The notes: a model not told the origin generated them from the sequence alone. DNA of 60,742 nt from a virus (IMGVR_UViG_3300047157_000094:1-60742), one strand, 5' to 3'. Positions 12,079 to 22,745 are shown, counted from the stretch's first letter. Numbers and translations: made by a program.

Positions 12079-12662
12079 ACTGTAAAGTCAAAATTTATAA
12101 CAGTTCTTTTACTAAAATCAATAGGGCAATTTCCTGAGTGATATATACCGCCATCAAAATATATAGCTCTTCCTTGTTTAGGAGATATTCTTTTATTTAC
12201 CACAGCATCAGCATCTAATAATATTTCATCAGATATTTTATTTTTAAAAAAAACACTGTCGCCATCAGAATCATCTACATAGTATAACAAAGTTTTGTAA
12301 GGCAAATGATCTTTAACATCTATGTGAGGTACGTTGTATTTTTCTTTAGAATGATTTTTAATTCTAAACGTTCTTCTTATTCTAACTCTTATCATGTCTT
12401 TTATTTTTACTTTTTCTTTAATAACAAAAAAATTCAATATGGTTGAAAACAAATTATAGTAATCAGAGTTTATTCCTTTTTCATTATATAGGGTATGAAT
12501 ATGTGCAAATGTTTTAGTTATGTTTGGATTAATAAATTTTCTATTTTCTTTCTGATGAATAATATTATCTGTATAAAACCATGCAATTTCTTCACTGTCT
12601 AATAATTCAATATATTTATTTTGTATATTTAAAGGTACAAAATTATCTAAAATTTTTATCAT
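12075..12662 (-). CDS. 2OG-Fe(II) oxygenase
   Basis: PHID...LLYYVDDSDGDSVFF...PKQGRAIYFDG..YH...RTVINF. Confidence 0.8.
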   Translation of the reverse strand: MIKILDNFVPLNIQNKYIELLDSEEIAWFYTDNIIHQKENRKFINPNITKTFAHIHTLYNEKGINSDYYNLFSTILNFFVIKEKVKIKDMIRVRIRRTFRIKNHSKEKYNVPHIDVKDHLPYKTLLYYVDDSDGDSVFFKNKISDEILLDADAVVNKRISPKQGRAIYFDGGIYHSGNCPIDFSKRTVINFDFTV

Positions 12663-13258
12663 GTTGTTTCTCTTTTAAATGGATATCCCAAATGAGGTCT
12701 ATCGTCATAAAGATTTTTATCCCAACCTTTTGTTGCTTTATTGTTGTAGTGTAAAAATACTTGACCACACATATAACCTTCAAAAGGTTTTCTCCAATGA
12801 GGTAGAATAGTTCCAGAATATAATAATGCATCTCCTGCATTTAATTCAACTTTAATTTCTTTTCCTTTAGTATTTTCTAGATATATGGGCCACATGTCAC
12901 CACCTAAATTTAAAGTGCCGGAGATTTCACAACTAAATCTATCTTTGTGTTTTTTTAAAATGTCTCCATTTTTATATAACCTAGTGTATGTGTAGGTAGG
13001 AGATAACTTAAGCTTTGTTTTTTTTTCTAGCGTTTCATTAGTAGCTGCTAATAATGTTTCCATAGCAATATCTGAATAACAAGAATAGCTTCCAGGTGCT
13101 TGCTCGTCACCATCAAAACCCAACAGTTTATTATTTATGTTTAATCTTTTTAAAGAATAAAAAGTTTGTTTTTTCATTCTTAAATAATTAAATAAAAAAT
13201 TAGCTAGTTCTTTACTAATTATATTTCTACATATTTGATATTTATTTTTATTAAACAT
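12659..13258 (-). CDS. 2OG-Fe(II) oxygenase
   Basis: LKKHKDR.SCEIS.TL...WPIY...GDALLY.G...PHWR...QVFLHY. Confidence 0.8.
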   Translation of the reverse strand: MFNKNKYQICRNIISKELANFLFNYLRMKKQTFYSLKRLNINNKLLGFDGDEQAPGSYSCYSDIAMETLLAATNETLEKKTKLKLSPTYTYTRLYKNGDILKKHKDRFSCEISGTLNLGGDMWPIYLENTKGKEIKVELNAGDALLYSGTILPHWRKPFEGYMCGQVFLHYNNKATKGWDKNLYDDRPHLGYPFKRETT

Positions 13259-13871
13259 AAGGTTTTCCTACTGTCCACATTACTAAACTATACCTTGTTC
13301 CTTTTGTTATAGGTGTAACACGATGCCATACAAATCCAGGAAAAAAAATAATAGAACCTTGTCCTAAATTACATTGATTCATATTTGATTTATTTTTTTC
13401 CAAAGGTGTTTCAACGTTGTTATTGTAACCTATTTCTAAATCACCCCCACTATATTCTTTAGGGTCATTTAATAAAACACTACAAGATATTTTTCTTATT
13501 TTTCCTTCATATTGTGAAAATTTATGATTTTTAAAAGGTTGATAAAACGAATCCATATGCCAATTATAATATTGTCCTTTTTCATATTTAGTAAATTGAA
13601 TGTCTTCATTCCAGCTAACTTCAAAATTCCAACCCGCATTTTTATTTGCCATATGAAGATAGGGATTTAATTTTTTATAAACTTCTTTATCAAACACCCA
13701 TTCTATAGAAGAATTTCTACGTTTTTTATTTGCAATAGCTTTTTGTTTTACGCCATCCCCACCAATTTTACCTTTTTTAGTAGCCCTAGGTTTGTATGTT
13801 TTTATTATATTATCACACCATGTTTTATCTAAAACATTTTTAAAAAACCATACGTTATGTTTTAAATGCAT
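13251..13871 (-). CDS. 2OG-Fe(II) oxygenase, PKHD/P4H-type hydroxylase
   Basis: YNWHMD...RKISCSVLLNDP.EYSGGDL...FPGFVWHRVTPITKGTRYSLVMW. Confidence 0.88.
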   Translation of the reverse strand: MHLKHNVWFFKNVLDKTWCDNIIKTYKPRATKKGKIGGDGVKQKAIANKKRRNSSIEWVFDKEVYKKLNPYLHMANKNAGWNFEVSWNEDIQFTKYEKGQYYNWHMDSFYQPFKNHKFSQYEGKIRKISCSVLLNDPKEYSGGDLEIGYNNNVETPLEKNKSNMNQCNLGQGSIIFFPGFVWHRVTPITKGTRYSLVMWTVGKPYV

Positions 13872-15532
13872 TATTGATAAATCCTTTCTATGTCTGCAAA
13901 ATATATATAATCTATATCTGATTCATTAAAAGTTTCTATGGCATCTTTAGGAGATTCTACTAATGGTTCCCCTGCTAAATTAAAAGAAGTGTTCATTAAT
14001 ATAGGCATCCCTGTTTTTTTATTAAATAATTTTAATAATTTATATAATACCGGGTTTTGTTTTTCATTAACTGTTTGTATTCTACACGTGTTATCCACAT
14101 GTATCACTGCAGGGATTTTATCTTTAACACCTTCTTTAGCTTCAACAGCATATAACATATACGGAGATTCTTTTAATCCGGCCATGTCAAACCATTTATG
14201 TGCTTCCTCTTCTAAAATAGATGCACCAAAGGGTCTAAACCATTCTCTATTTTTAACTTTGTTCATTATGTCTTTACCATTTTTAATCCTAGGATCTAGT
14301 AACAAAGATCTATTTCCTAAAGCCCTAGGTCCTGCTTCGGCTTTACCTTGATATAAACCAACAATTTTTTGATTAATTAAATGTTCAACTACAGTCTCTA
14401 TTTTATCATTACCTTTTTCTATATCGTAAACAGGTTCAGGTCCTAAATAAATATTATCAAAATTATTTCGTGTTCCACAATATTTACCAAAAGTTATTGC
14501 AGCTCCAATACTATTGCCTTCATCACCACATAAAGGATCAATATAAAGATTAATGTCTTTAGGCAAAAATTTTTTTAACCTATAGTTAAAAACAACATTT
14601 AATGCACAACCACCGGTTATAATAATATTTTTTGCGTTGTTAGCATATCTATTTAAAACTTTAATCATTTGATACTCAAATTGTTTTTGACTTTCATAAG
14701 CTATGTCATAATGAATTTGTTTATATCCTAATTTTTTGTGATAATAAAGTTCTGGGTATTTTTCAACATTAACATTAAAGTTAATATCTTTGTTATATTT
14801 ATCTTTATAGACAAATAAATCATCTTTCAATAAAATCTCTTTTATCTTTTTATTAGGTTTTCCATAAGCTTGTAAACCCATAAGTTTTCCTTCATCGTTT
14901 GTTTTAAAACCCAAATGATTTGTCATTCTACTATAAAAAGCTCCGGAAACAGGTCTATGATCTACATCAAAATTTTCAAATCCTTTTAATGTAATTGCAT
15001 CCATAACAAAGTCAAAACCGTAAATTTCATTAGCTCTTACTTTTGCTTTATGTCCTTCCCTAGTAGTTTGTAATCTTTTATATAAACAATCGAACCCGTG
15101 TTCGATACTTGCAAAGTACACAGAAAAAACTTCATGTCCTTGTTTACCATTATCCAATATATAATTAGAACCTCGACCATCAGCTACTAATATTACTGCT
15201 TCATCCATATCAGTAGAATACATGGCTTTTACTGCATGATTTAGATGATGTGATTTATAATAATGAACTGCATTTTCATAAGGAGAATCAATTAAACCCA
15301 TCTTGTACATATAACCATAAACAAGATGAGCATCGTGAGTGTTATATCCTGTAACAACTACTTTATCTATTTTAATATTTAATTTTTTAATTTCATTTAA
15401 AGTGTGTATGGGAAAAAAACTATCGTTTTTAATTTTAGATAGTCTTTCTTCTTGATTATAATAAACTAATTTAAAGTCACAAAATAAAGCAACTGATGAG
15501 TTATGATTTTTTTGTAATCCTAATATGTTCAT
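13871..15532 (-). CDS. O-carbamoyltransferase (NodU/CmcH/TobZ family)
   Basis: EERLSKIK, HHLNHA, DGRG, EGKLMGL.AYG, GGCALN, GPRALGNRS, KNREWFRPF, HVDNTCRIQTV and NTSFN are all present in 553 aa. Confidence 0.92.
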   Translation of the reverse strand: MNILGLQKNHNSSVALFCDFKLVYYNQEERLSKIKNDSFFPIHTLNEIKKLNIKIDKVVVTGYNTHDAHLVYGYMYKMGLIDSPYENAVHYYKSHHLNHAVKAMYSTDMDEAVILVADGRGSNYILDNGKQGHEVFSVYFASIEHGFDCLYKRLQTTREGHKAKVRANEIYGFDFVMDAITLKGFENFDVDHRPVSGAFYSRMTNHLGFKTNDEGKLMGLQAYGKPNKKIKEILLKDDLFVYKDKYNKDINFNVNVEKYPELYYHKKLGYKQIHYDIAYESQKQFEYQMIKVLNRYANNAKNIIITGGCALNVVFNYRLKKFLPKDINLYIDPLCGDEGNSIGAAITFGKYCGTRNNFDNIYLGPEPVYDIEKGNDKIETVVEHLINQKIVGLYQGKAEAGPRALGNRSLLLDPRIKNGKDIMNKVKNREWFRPFGASILEEEAHKWFDMAGLKESPYMLYAVEAKEGVKDKIPAVIHVDNTCRIQTVNEKQNPVLYKLLKLFNKKTGMPILMNTSFNLAGEPLVESPKDAIETFNESDIDYIYFADIERIYQ

Positions 15533-16134
15533 AGTTTTAATTCTGTTAATGTTTGTCTTGAACCAAAGTCTCCTTTTGCAAAAACGTTAAAAGCTAGACT
15601 TATTCTTTTACCATAAGTTTCTTCAACATTACCAACTTCATGCATTAAACAAGAAGGAAACAAAATAATTTTATTTGTAGCTGCAGGTATCCACCAAGTA
15701 TCTGAATTATATTTATTAAATTGTTTAGGGTATACTTTAATTTGATCGTAAACATTTTTTTTAAATCTAATATAATCAAACTTTGGATTTGCATTTATAT
15801 AATAAACGCCAGATATAATAGAGTTAGGATGAGAGTGTGGATAGTGTACTTGTTTTTCATTCGTGTAGTTTAACCAAGATTGTGTAATATAAAATTTTAA
15901 ATTACTTGAAGGTTTTAATATTTGATCAACGTATTCTTGAATAAAAGAATTAATTTGTTTTTTTAAATTTTTAAAAGGTTTTTCGTCAAGAATGTAAGTA
16001 TTTTTACTTTGTAAAACTTTAAACTCCCAATCTGGTTTTGTTTCATATTTAAAAAAATTTTGTAAAGTAGTTTTAGATAAAGGCTCTAAATATTTTTCGC
16101 ATATGGGGGTCGGAAATAGATCTATTATATTCAT
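15529..16134 (-). CDS. 2OG-Fe(II) oxygenase (TIGR02466-like)
   Basis: HYPHSHPNSIISGVYY...IILFPSCLMHEV...RISLAFN. Confidence 0.85.
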   Translation of the reverse strand: MNIIDLFPTPICEKYLEPLSKTTLQNFFKYETKPDWEFKVLQSKNTYILDEKPFKNLKKQINSFIQEYVDQILKPSSNLKFYITQSWLNYTNEKQVHYPHSHPNSIISGVYYINANPKFDYIRFKKNVYDQIKVYPKQFNKYNSDTWWIPAATNKIILFPSCLMHEVGNVEETYGKRISLAFNVFAKGDFGSRQTLTELKL

Positions 16135-16184
16135 AATCTTTCTTATGAATATATATTTAACTGATAATAACTAAAAAGTAAAGA

Positions 16185-16646
16185 CTAACTAATTTCCCAA
16201 GTATTGGTGTTTGTGTCCCAGTGATAAGAAGTCATTGGGTCTTCTAAAACATTCTCGCTTTGCCATCTGTAATTTTCTTCACTCCAATAGCACCATCTTA
16301 ATATTACAGTATCACTTACCACTAGACTTTCATCTGTTGGTTTTGTTACTGGAGCTTGCCAATCATCATTAGAATCTAGTATCCATGAAGCATATGGTTG
16401 TGGTCTTATAAATTTATCTTTAACAGCATCATAAGTATCTCCTATTCCTGCATTTTGTTTTCTAAATGCATTTGTAGAAGAACATTGTTTCCAAACTCCA
16501 CCTTTAAAAAGATTTGTGCAATAAGTTTCTCCATCAACATGCATGTCATTTTCACCTAAAGGACCATCCGATGTTGGTACGTCATTACCAATTTTAACAG
16601 TTTGAGTAACTACGTTGTTTTCGTCTAATTTTGCAAATGATGCCAT
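16185..16646 (-). CDS. Tail-fibre-associated protein (assembly chaperone-like)
   Basis: WKQCS...FRKQNAGIG.TYD...FIRPQPYASW...WQAPV; directly follows the Gly-rich fibre gene. Confidence 0.6.
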   Translation of the reverse strand: MASFAKLDENNVVTQTVKIGNDVPTSDGPLGENDMHVDGETYCTNLFKGGVWKQCSSTNAFRKQNAGIGDTYDAVKDKFIRPQPYASWILDSNDDWQAPVTKPTDESLVVSDTVILRWCYWSEENYRWQSENVLEDPMTSYHWDTNTNTWEIS

Positions 16647-17458
16647 TACTCTACTGTAAGTGTCCCCGACACTGTAAAGGTAGCTACTTTTTGTCCTCCT
16701 GGAGCAGTTGCTACAGTATTTGTTCCTGGTGCAACAGTTAAAGTTGCGGCCGCTGGAGCGCTAACAATTACAACACCTGAACCGCCAGTACCATTTGGAG
16801 GAGAGCTATCAAAACCCATTCCGCCGCCTCCGCCGCCTTTTCCGTTGGTTCCATTAGATCCTGAAGCTGTTCTACTACCTCCGCTTCCACCGCCGTCTTG
16901 TGCTGGTCCTGGTCCTGGACTTGGAATGTAACCTCCGCCACCTCCACCGCCAGCGTATTCTACTGAAGATCCTGATACAGAGCTATCTCTTCCAACTCCA
17001 CCGGCTCCTCCGGCTGGAGTAGATGTTCCTCCACTGCCGCCAGCTCCTCCGCCGCCAGAATTAATTTGTGTTCCAGCAGGGTTTCCTTGTGGTGGACTAA
17101 CTGGGGGATTGTTACCTGTTTTAGAAGGATATTGAACTGAACCACTTCCACCATTAGCTTCGGGGTTACCATAACCGCCTCCACCGCCACCGGTTGAAGT
17201 AATTGTACTAAAAACTGAATTTCCTCCTCTTGGACAAGAGTCATTTCCTGGAACAGGTCCTGAACCTGTACCGACTGTAATTGTGTGATCTCCTCCCTCT
17301 AATTCTATAACAGCAGAATCTTCAGAAGTTCTAAAACCTCCGGCTCCGCCGCCACCTCCGGCTCCGCCACCTCCGCCTCCGGCAACGACTAAATAATTAA
17401 CTTCGTAGACAACTGAACCGCCGCCTGATCCAAATCCTAAAACTTGATATCCAAACAT
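16646..17458 (-). CDS. Glycine/proline-rich tail fibre tip protein
   Basis: YLVVAGGGGGG...GGGGAGG...GGSGVVIV Gly-rich domain with Pro-rich loops (NNPPVSPPQG, PSPGPGP). Confidence 0.75.
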   Translation of the reverse strand: MFGYQVLGFGSGGGSVVYEVNYLVVAGGGGGGAGGGGGAGGFRTSEDSAVIELEGGDHTITVGTGSGPVPGNDSCPRGGNSVFSTITSTGGGGGGYGNPEANGGSGSVQYPSKTGNNPPVSPPQGNPAGTQINSGGGGAGGSGGTSTPAGGAGGVGRDSSVSGSSVEYAGGGGGGGYIPSPGPGPAQDGGGSGGSRTASGSNGTNGKGGGGGGMGFDSSPPNGTGGSGVVIVSAPAAATLTVAPGTNTVATAPGGQKVATFTVSGTLTVE

Positions 17459-17470
17459 ATTTTATTCTCC

Positions 17471-18696
17471 TTATGCGTCGTTAGCCGCGTCAGTAGTAAA
17501 GAATAATTTGATACCTAGAACTCTACATTCTCCGGTAAAAGTATCACTACCGTCTGCTGCTTCTCTAAATAATTGAAAGTAAGTTTGCTCACCTGCTGCA
17601 GGAGAACCCGCAACTGTCATTGCACTACTTTCAGCTGTAATTTGTTGATCTTCAACTGTTCCTATACCAGCATCTGTAACTTCTATTGCTGTTCCATATG
17701 CAACATCAATAGTATCATTATCTGCACATGCAACACCTTGTAAACCAAAAATAGCATCACCTGTATTAGTAGTAGAAGGAGACCAATAAACTTGATAAGT
17801 TAAAGTTCCTTCATTCCATGATTTAGGCATAGCTATTGTAAATTGTGTGTATTGTTGTGTACTAGCATCAAAATCAAATACTTTTAAATCTGGTCTTGTA
17901 GCTGTTGTTTCTACTTGAGCTGCGTCTGCAGGGTTAGTAGTTGGTCCATACATAGCTGCAGCTGGAACCCATATAGTTTCTTTACCAGCAATTTTAACTG
18001 CAGCTGTTCCTGATTTAAGAACACCTGTTCCTTTAGGATTTAAATTTATATCAACATTAGTTTCACCTGTTGCTGATAAAATTGGACCATTACCTGAAGC
18101 AGCATTAGCTAAAGTAAATTCATTAACTGCTGAACCTGTTGCAGTAAGATTAATTAATTCATTTCCATTAGTATCTAAAATTGAAGTTCCAATTTTAGGT
18201 GCTAGTTAAAGTTTTGTTTGTTAAAGTTTGTGTTCCAGTAAGAGTTACATCACCATCACCAAAACCTAAAGTATATATGTCTGGGTTAGTTCCATCATTT
18301 GCTGTAGCAAATACTACTTGATCACCTTTATCTGTTGCAGAAAAAGTAAATGTATCTCCTGAACCAGAAGCATATTTAAATTGTACTGTGTAAGCACCTG
18401 ATGTTGAATTTCTTAAAAAATAAAATGTTTGTGCATCTAAAGGAATTGTTACAATTTGGTTTCCAGTAATAGAACCTGTAAACTCAATCATTCTGTGAGA
18501 CATAACTGCTCCAGTTGATCCATCAGAAACTGAAAGAGCTGTAGTTTGTGCTCCACCTGCTATTGATTGTGCAGAAAAATCCACCTGAAATTTGTTCGAT
18601 TATATTTAAGTTAGTGTTAGTTTTTGTTCCCCATGTACCGGCGTTTTCACCAGTTGCCATTAGTTCTACACCGAGAGCCGTATAAGTTGATGCCAT
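17471..18696 (-). CDS. Tail fibre protein (frameshifted)
   Basis: Start MASTYTALGVELMATGENAGTWG at 18696, TQTLTNKTLT fibre motif, fragments 18195..18584 and 17471..17953. Confidence 0.7.
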
Positions 18697-18773
18697 AATT
18701 TTGTTCTCCTAATTAGTATCTTTTTTTAATTTGTTTTATACTTAATGTCAATAACATATTGAATTAAGTACCT

Positions 18774-19943
18774 TCATGTAACAGCAGTATAATTAGCTGT
18801 TTGTGTAGCAGTTATTCGTTCGTATCCTAGTGGTGCTATAGTACCTACACTAGCAGTTGCTGAAACTCCTGTCAATCCCATAACTTGATTAACTATAAAG
18901 AACCCGTTGCAGAAGTTGTTGAAACTCCTGTTAATCCCATAACATCTGCAGGTGTTAAAGCACCTGTAGAAGAAGTCATAGAAAGCCCTGTTACAGATAT
19001 ACAATAGGGTTTGAAGAATTGCTATTGAACCAACAGCTGACGTTAAACCTAATCCAGTTAATCCCATTACATCTGCTGGAGCTAAAGCACCTGGAGACGA
19101 TGTTGTAGATAAACCTGTTAAAGCTACATTTATACTAAAATCTATATTTACTGACCCAACTGTTGAAGTTGCACTTTGACCTGTTGGAGTTAATACAACA
19201 TCTGATATTGCGGTTGGTGTTCCAACTGTTGATGTTGCACTTAATCCAGTTAAACCCAATACGCTTGCAACATTTAAATAATATTCACCACCCCAACCAG
19301 TTGTTGCAGATCCCCAAGTTTGTTTACCCCAACTAACATCTTCTCCAATACCTGTAGTTGCTTCAACACCAGTTAATGCAACTGTTATTCCAGAAGATCC
19401 CCAGTTTTCAACACCCCAACCATCAGATCCCCAACCTGTATTTATTTCTGTTAAGATATTAGGCGAACCTGTTGATGAAGTAGAAGAAACTCCAGTAAGT
19501 GTAAAAATTACATCGTTAAGTTCTCCCCACTCACCATCATTCCAAGCTTGAGCTCCCCAACCTAATACAAAGTCATCGGTGGTTCCCCAACGATTAACAT
19601 TCCAACCTAAAGCACCATAAGAAGCTGGAGCAATAGTGTTGGCTTGACCACCCATACCAGAGTGAATTGAACAATAATAATAAAGTTGTGGTGCACTATC
19701 TGCTACAACTATTGTAACTTGTGTTGAACTATTTACAGTTACGCCGGTTGTATATTCACTTCCAGAATTGTGTGTACCATCTGATGTTGTAGAAAATCTA
19801 AATGGGTGAGCTGAAGGATAATTAAATACGTAAGTTCCACTTTCAGCTAAATTTATTGTGTCTTGTTGTACACCATCAATAAAATATTTATTACCAGATC
19901 CAGGATCGCTAACTGTTACTGTAAATGTTCGGGTTACCGACAT
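18774..19943 (-). CDS. Virion structural protein with cupredoxin-like N-domain and WG repeats
   Basis: HPFRFS...LYYYCSIHSGMG; WGxxxW repeats; LTGxSAT repeats; likely frameshift near the C-terminus. Confidence 0.65.
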   Translation of the reverse strand: MSVTRTFTVTVSDPGSGNKYFIDGVQQDTINLAESGTYVFNYPSAHPFRFSTTSDGTHNSGSEYTTGVTVNSSTQVTIVVADSAPQLYYYCSIHSGMGGQANTIAPASYGALGWNVNRWGTTDDFVLGWGAQAWNDGEWGELNDVIFTLTGVSSTSSTGSPNILTEINTGWGSDGWGVENWGSSGITVALTGVEATTGIGEDVSWGKQTWGSATTGWGGEYYLNVASVLGLTGLSATSTVGTPTAISDVVLTPTGQSATSTVGSVNIDFSINVALTGLSTTSSPGALAPADVMGLTGLGLTSAVGSIAILQTLLYICNRAFYDFFYRCFNTCRCYGINRSFNNFCNGFFIVNQVMGLTGVSATASVGTIAPLGYERITATQTANYTAVT

Positions 19944-19956
19944 AAGGATTGCCTCC

Positions 19957-20395
19957 TTATGCTATACGAAGTATTGCGTTAGATGCGTCTGCTGTTGGAA
20001 ATTGAATTGTAAAAGTTCCACTTGTTACAGTTTTGTCTGAACCAAATGCGATTGCACAAACTGCTCTATCAGCGTTTGTATCATTATAAATTAAACAACC
20101 ATTAGCTGTAAATGAAGCAGAAGTAAAACTAAGGTCTGCAAAATCACAACACTGCAGTATCCGTAGATAAAGCAGGAGTTACACTTGTAAGTGCTTTTCC
20201 ACCAGCTGAGTAAGCTGAACCTGATGTGTTAGAAATTTCGTTTGATGAACTGTAAGCTGTTGTTGATTTATTTAAAGTAGCACTACTTGTGTATAAAGCT
20301 AATTTAAAAGTGTTTCCAGACGATGCTGTAAAATTATGTAAAGCTTGTAAAACTTCTGCTTTAAAACTGTTACATACTGCCGATGTTATTGCCAT
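19957..20395 (-). CDS. Virion structural (tail) protein (frameshifted)
   Basis: MAITSAVCNSFKAEVL...FKLALYT; a second frame ends GTFTIQFPTADASNAILRIA*. Confidence 0.65.
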
Positions 20396-20411
20396 AATAT
20401 TTTTCTCCTAA

Positions 20412-21142
20412 TTACTGAGGCGGTGACTCGATTGGTATTCTTATTGTTCCATCCGTGTAATCGTCTCGTCTTCTTCTTCCAATTTGCATCGCTGCAAACT
20501 TTTGTAGTTCAGTTTTATACTTTTTTCGTATAATGTCAACATATCTGTTGGACCTTTTAAAAATCCATATGCTTCTACTAAACATGCATATAAGCAGACC
20601 TTGGGGAAAATACAAACTAATATAATTAGTTTGATTACCGGATTCTAATGTAGCAGGCATTTTATTATAATATATTCTAAATATATAATTAGCGTCTGGT
20701 GTAGGAGCTAAATAGATAGCTCCTGAAGTAGTATCAGATAATCCTGTTGCTCCACCAAACATAGCGTAATATTTAGGTTTTCCAGTAACATCTGCTCCTG
20801 ATGTAGTTGATCCTTCTGGACCTGTTAATCTTCCTACATATTCACTTAAAAAGTTTGATCACGTCTTTCTAACCATGTACCTTTTCAGTAGAATTTGTAG
20901 CATTAAATACTTCTACACCTCTTACAAATAAAGTTCCCTGCTGGAACTCTAATATTATTTACATCAGTTGCCATTGTACCTTGATCCACGAATCTGTCTG
21001 AATCCATAGGTAAATCCATCATAATTCTTTGTTGAGCATTTAAAATAAAACTTTCTAAAACATCAGTTGTAAAAACGTTAGAATCTACTTCTGTGTAGTT
21101 TCTAATTTGTGTAACTAATGTATTATAACTAATTCCTGACAT
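20412..21142 (-). CDS. Head-tail adaptor/tail tube-like protein (frameshifted)
   Basis: Fragments 20903..21142 and 20412..20762; G.PKYYA...IYLAPTPD..Y motif. Confidence 0.65.
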
Positions 21143-21144
21143 AA

Positions 21145-21942
21145 TTAAGCTCTATCATTTACGGGTCCAATTGTACACTGAAAACCGCCTCCTGTTTCTG
21201 TGCTTGAAGCATTAGATACTAAAGGCACTGTTATAGAATTATATAATGTTCTTGTAGCAGGTTGAGCTCCTGTCGTTTCTGTCGTTGCAATTGCTGTTGC
21301 TAAATAAGATCCAAATACTTTTGCTCCATTTGCATGAGATCCAGCTGTTGTATTAGATGGTGTTATTCCTTGAAAGGTGCAGCTGTTCCACGTGTGCAGC
21401 CTGTTAAATTATTTCCAGCTTTTCCTGTATATTGAATAGTTTCATTTTCAAACGCACCACTTGTAGAATTTACTTTTTCAATAACAATAAATCCAGATGT
21501 TGGAAATGCTGATGCATCATTTAAAATAACTGTATTAACAGTATCATTAATTGCACCATTTAATGTTGTAGATAATTCTAAAGTAGAAATGCAACACCGC
21601 CTACAGGATTTTTAACAGCTTGAAATCTAACATGTGTTGTTCCTTCATTTATTTGATTGATGGATAAGAAACACTTAAAGTTGGAGAAGCAGCTGTTGTT
21701 GTAAAAGGATTGTTTGGTAAAATATCTTGTACAGGAAACTCTACTCTTGCAGGTCTTGCATGCATTAATCCTTGTGGATCAGCTCCTACTGGATGTGGTT
21801 CTAATTGTGGTTGTTTAGGTTCAAATTCAGAAATATGTACCCAAGCACCTGTCCATTCTTTTACCATTTCTCTATATGGAAAAGCTGCACCTGATCTATC
21901 AGATATTGCTAATGCTCTACTACCTTTTGCAAATCTAGCCAT
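21145..21942 (-). CDS. Virion structural protein (frameshifted)
   Basis: Starts MARFAKGSRALAISDRSG...EPKQPQL and continues in other frames to a stop at 21145. Confidence 0.55.
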
Positions 21943-22745
21943 TATATATTTGGATAGTATGTCTTCGGAGTAATGTATGTGCTAGCTGGAGAACCATCTT
22001 CAGATAATGCTCTTGCTAATTCATCCTCGTACAACAACTTCATCTCCTGTGTTCTTTGTGGTGCAAACTTCATAGATAAGTAATATGATAATCCTGAAAT
22101 CATACATGGTACAAATCTAAAAGGTGTATCACTTGCGTTAGTATAAGCTCCTGCATCTTGAATTCTTTTTACATAATAAACATTTAAAAAATTTGATGCA
22201 GCAGTTGAATTAGGTAAAGGATAAATAGTTATTGTAACTTTATCTATAAATCTTTGTACCCAAAATTGTGAAGGCGTTCCATTAGATGCTTTGTTAGCTG
22301 TTGCAGAATAAGCATCTCTTGCAACTTTAGTTAAACCTATATCTGATTGATTTGTTGTATTATAATTTTGTCTATATGTAACATTTAAAATATCTGAAAT
22401 ACCATAAACATTTGCTGTTGGAACAGTTGTAGCTTGTGGTGGTTCTCCACCTCCAGGTACATCTGTAGAATTTCTATAAAAAGTATAAATACCAGATCCT
22501 TCAGCTGTAGCATCAATATTAGTTGTTGAACCTGCAACTAAATTAATATTAGTATTTCCTACTTCCCAAAAATGTATTCCTCTATTACCCCATTCTTGAA
22601 AAAGAATATTTAAAGATCTTCTTGCAGTTTTAATTTGATGTCCTGCCGTCCCAACTAAACCAAGACGTTCATATGCATCTGCAATGATTTCATCTATTGA
22701 GAAATCCTGATCAAATGAATATGATGAGGAAGTAGTATTCGCCAT
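21942..22745 (-). CDS. Head-tail adaptor (tail tubular protein A-like)
   Basis: ARRSLNILFQEWGNRG..W, G.PSQFW, IYPLP, PFRFVPC; post-capsid position. Confidence 0.7.
   Translation of the reverse strand: MANTTSSSYSFDQDFSIDEIIADAYERLGLVGTAGHQIKTARRSLNILFQEWGNRGIHFWEVGNTNINLVAGSTTNIDATAEGSGIYTFYRNSTDVPGGGEPPQATTVPTANVYGISDILNVTYRQNYNTTNQSDIGLTKVARDAYSATANKASNGTPSQFWVQRFIDKVTITIYPLPNSTAASNFLNVYYVKRIQDAGAYTNASDTPFRFVPCMISGLSYYLSMKFAPQRTQEMKLLYEDELARALSEDGSPASTYITPKTYYPNI

Noticed and set aside
16646-17458. Collagen-like repeat
   Set aside because: Gly-rich but lacks a sustained Gly-X-Y period; better described as a polyglycine-rich fibre domain.
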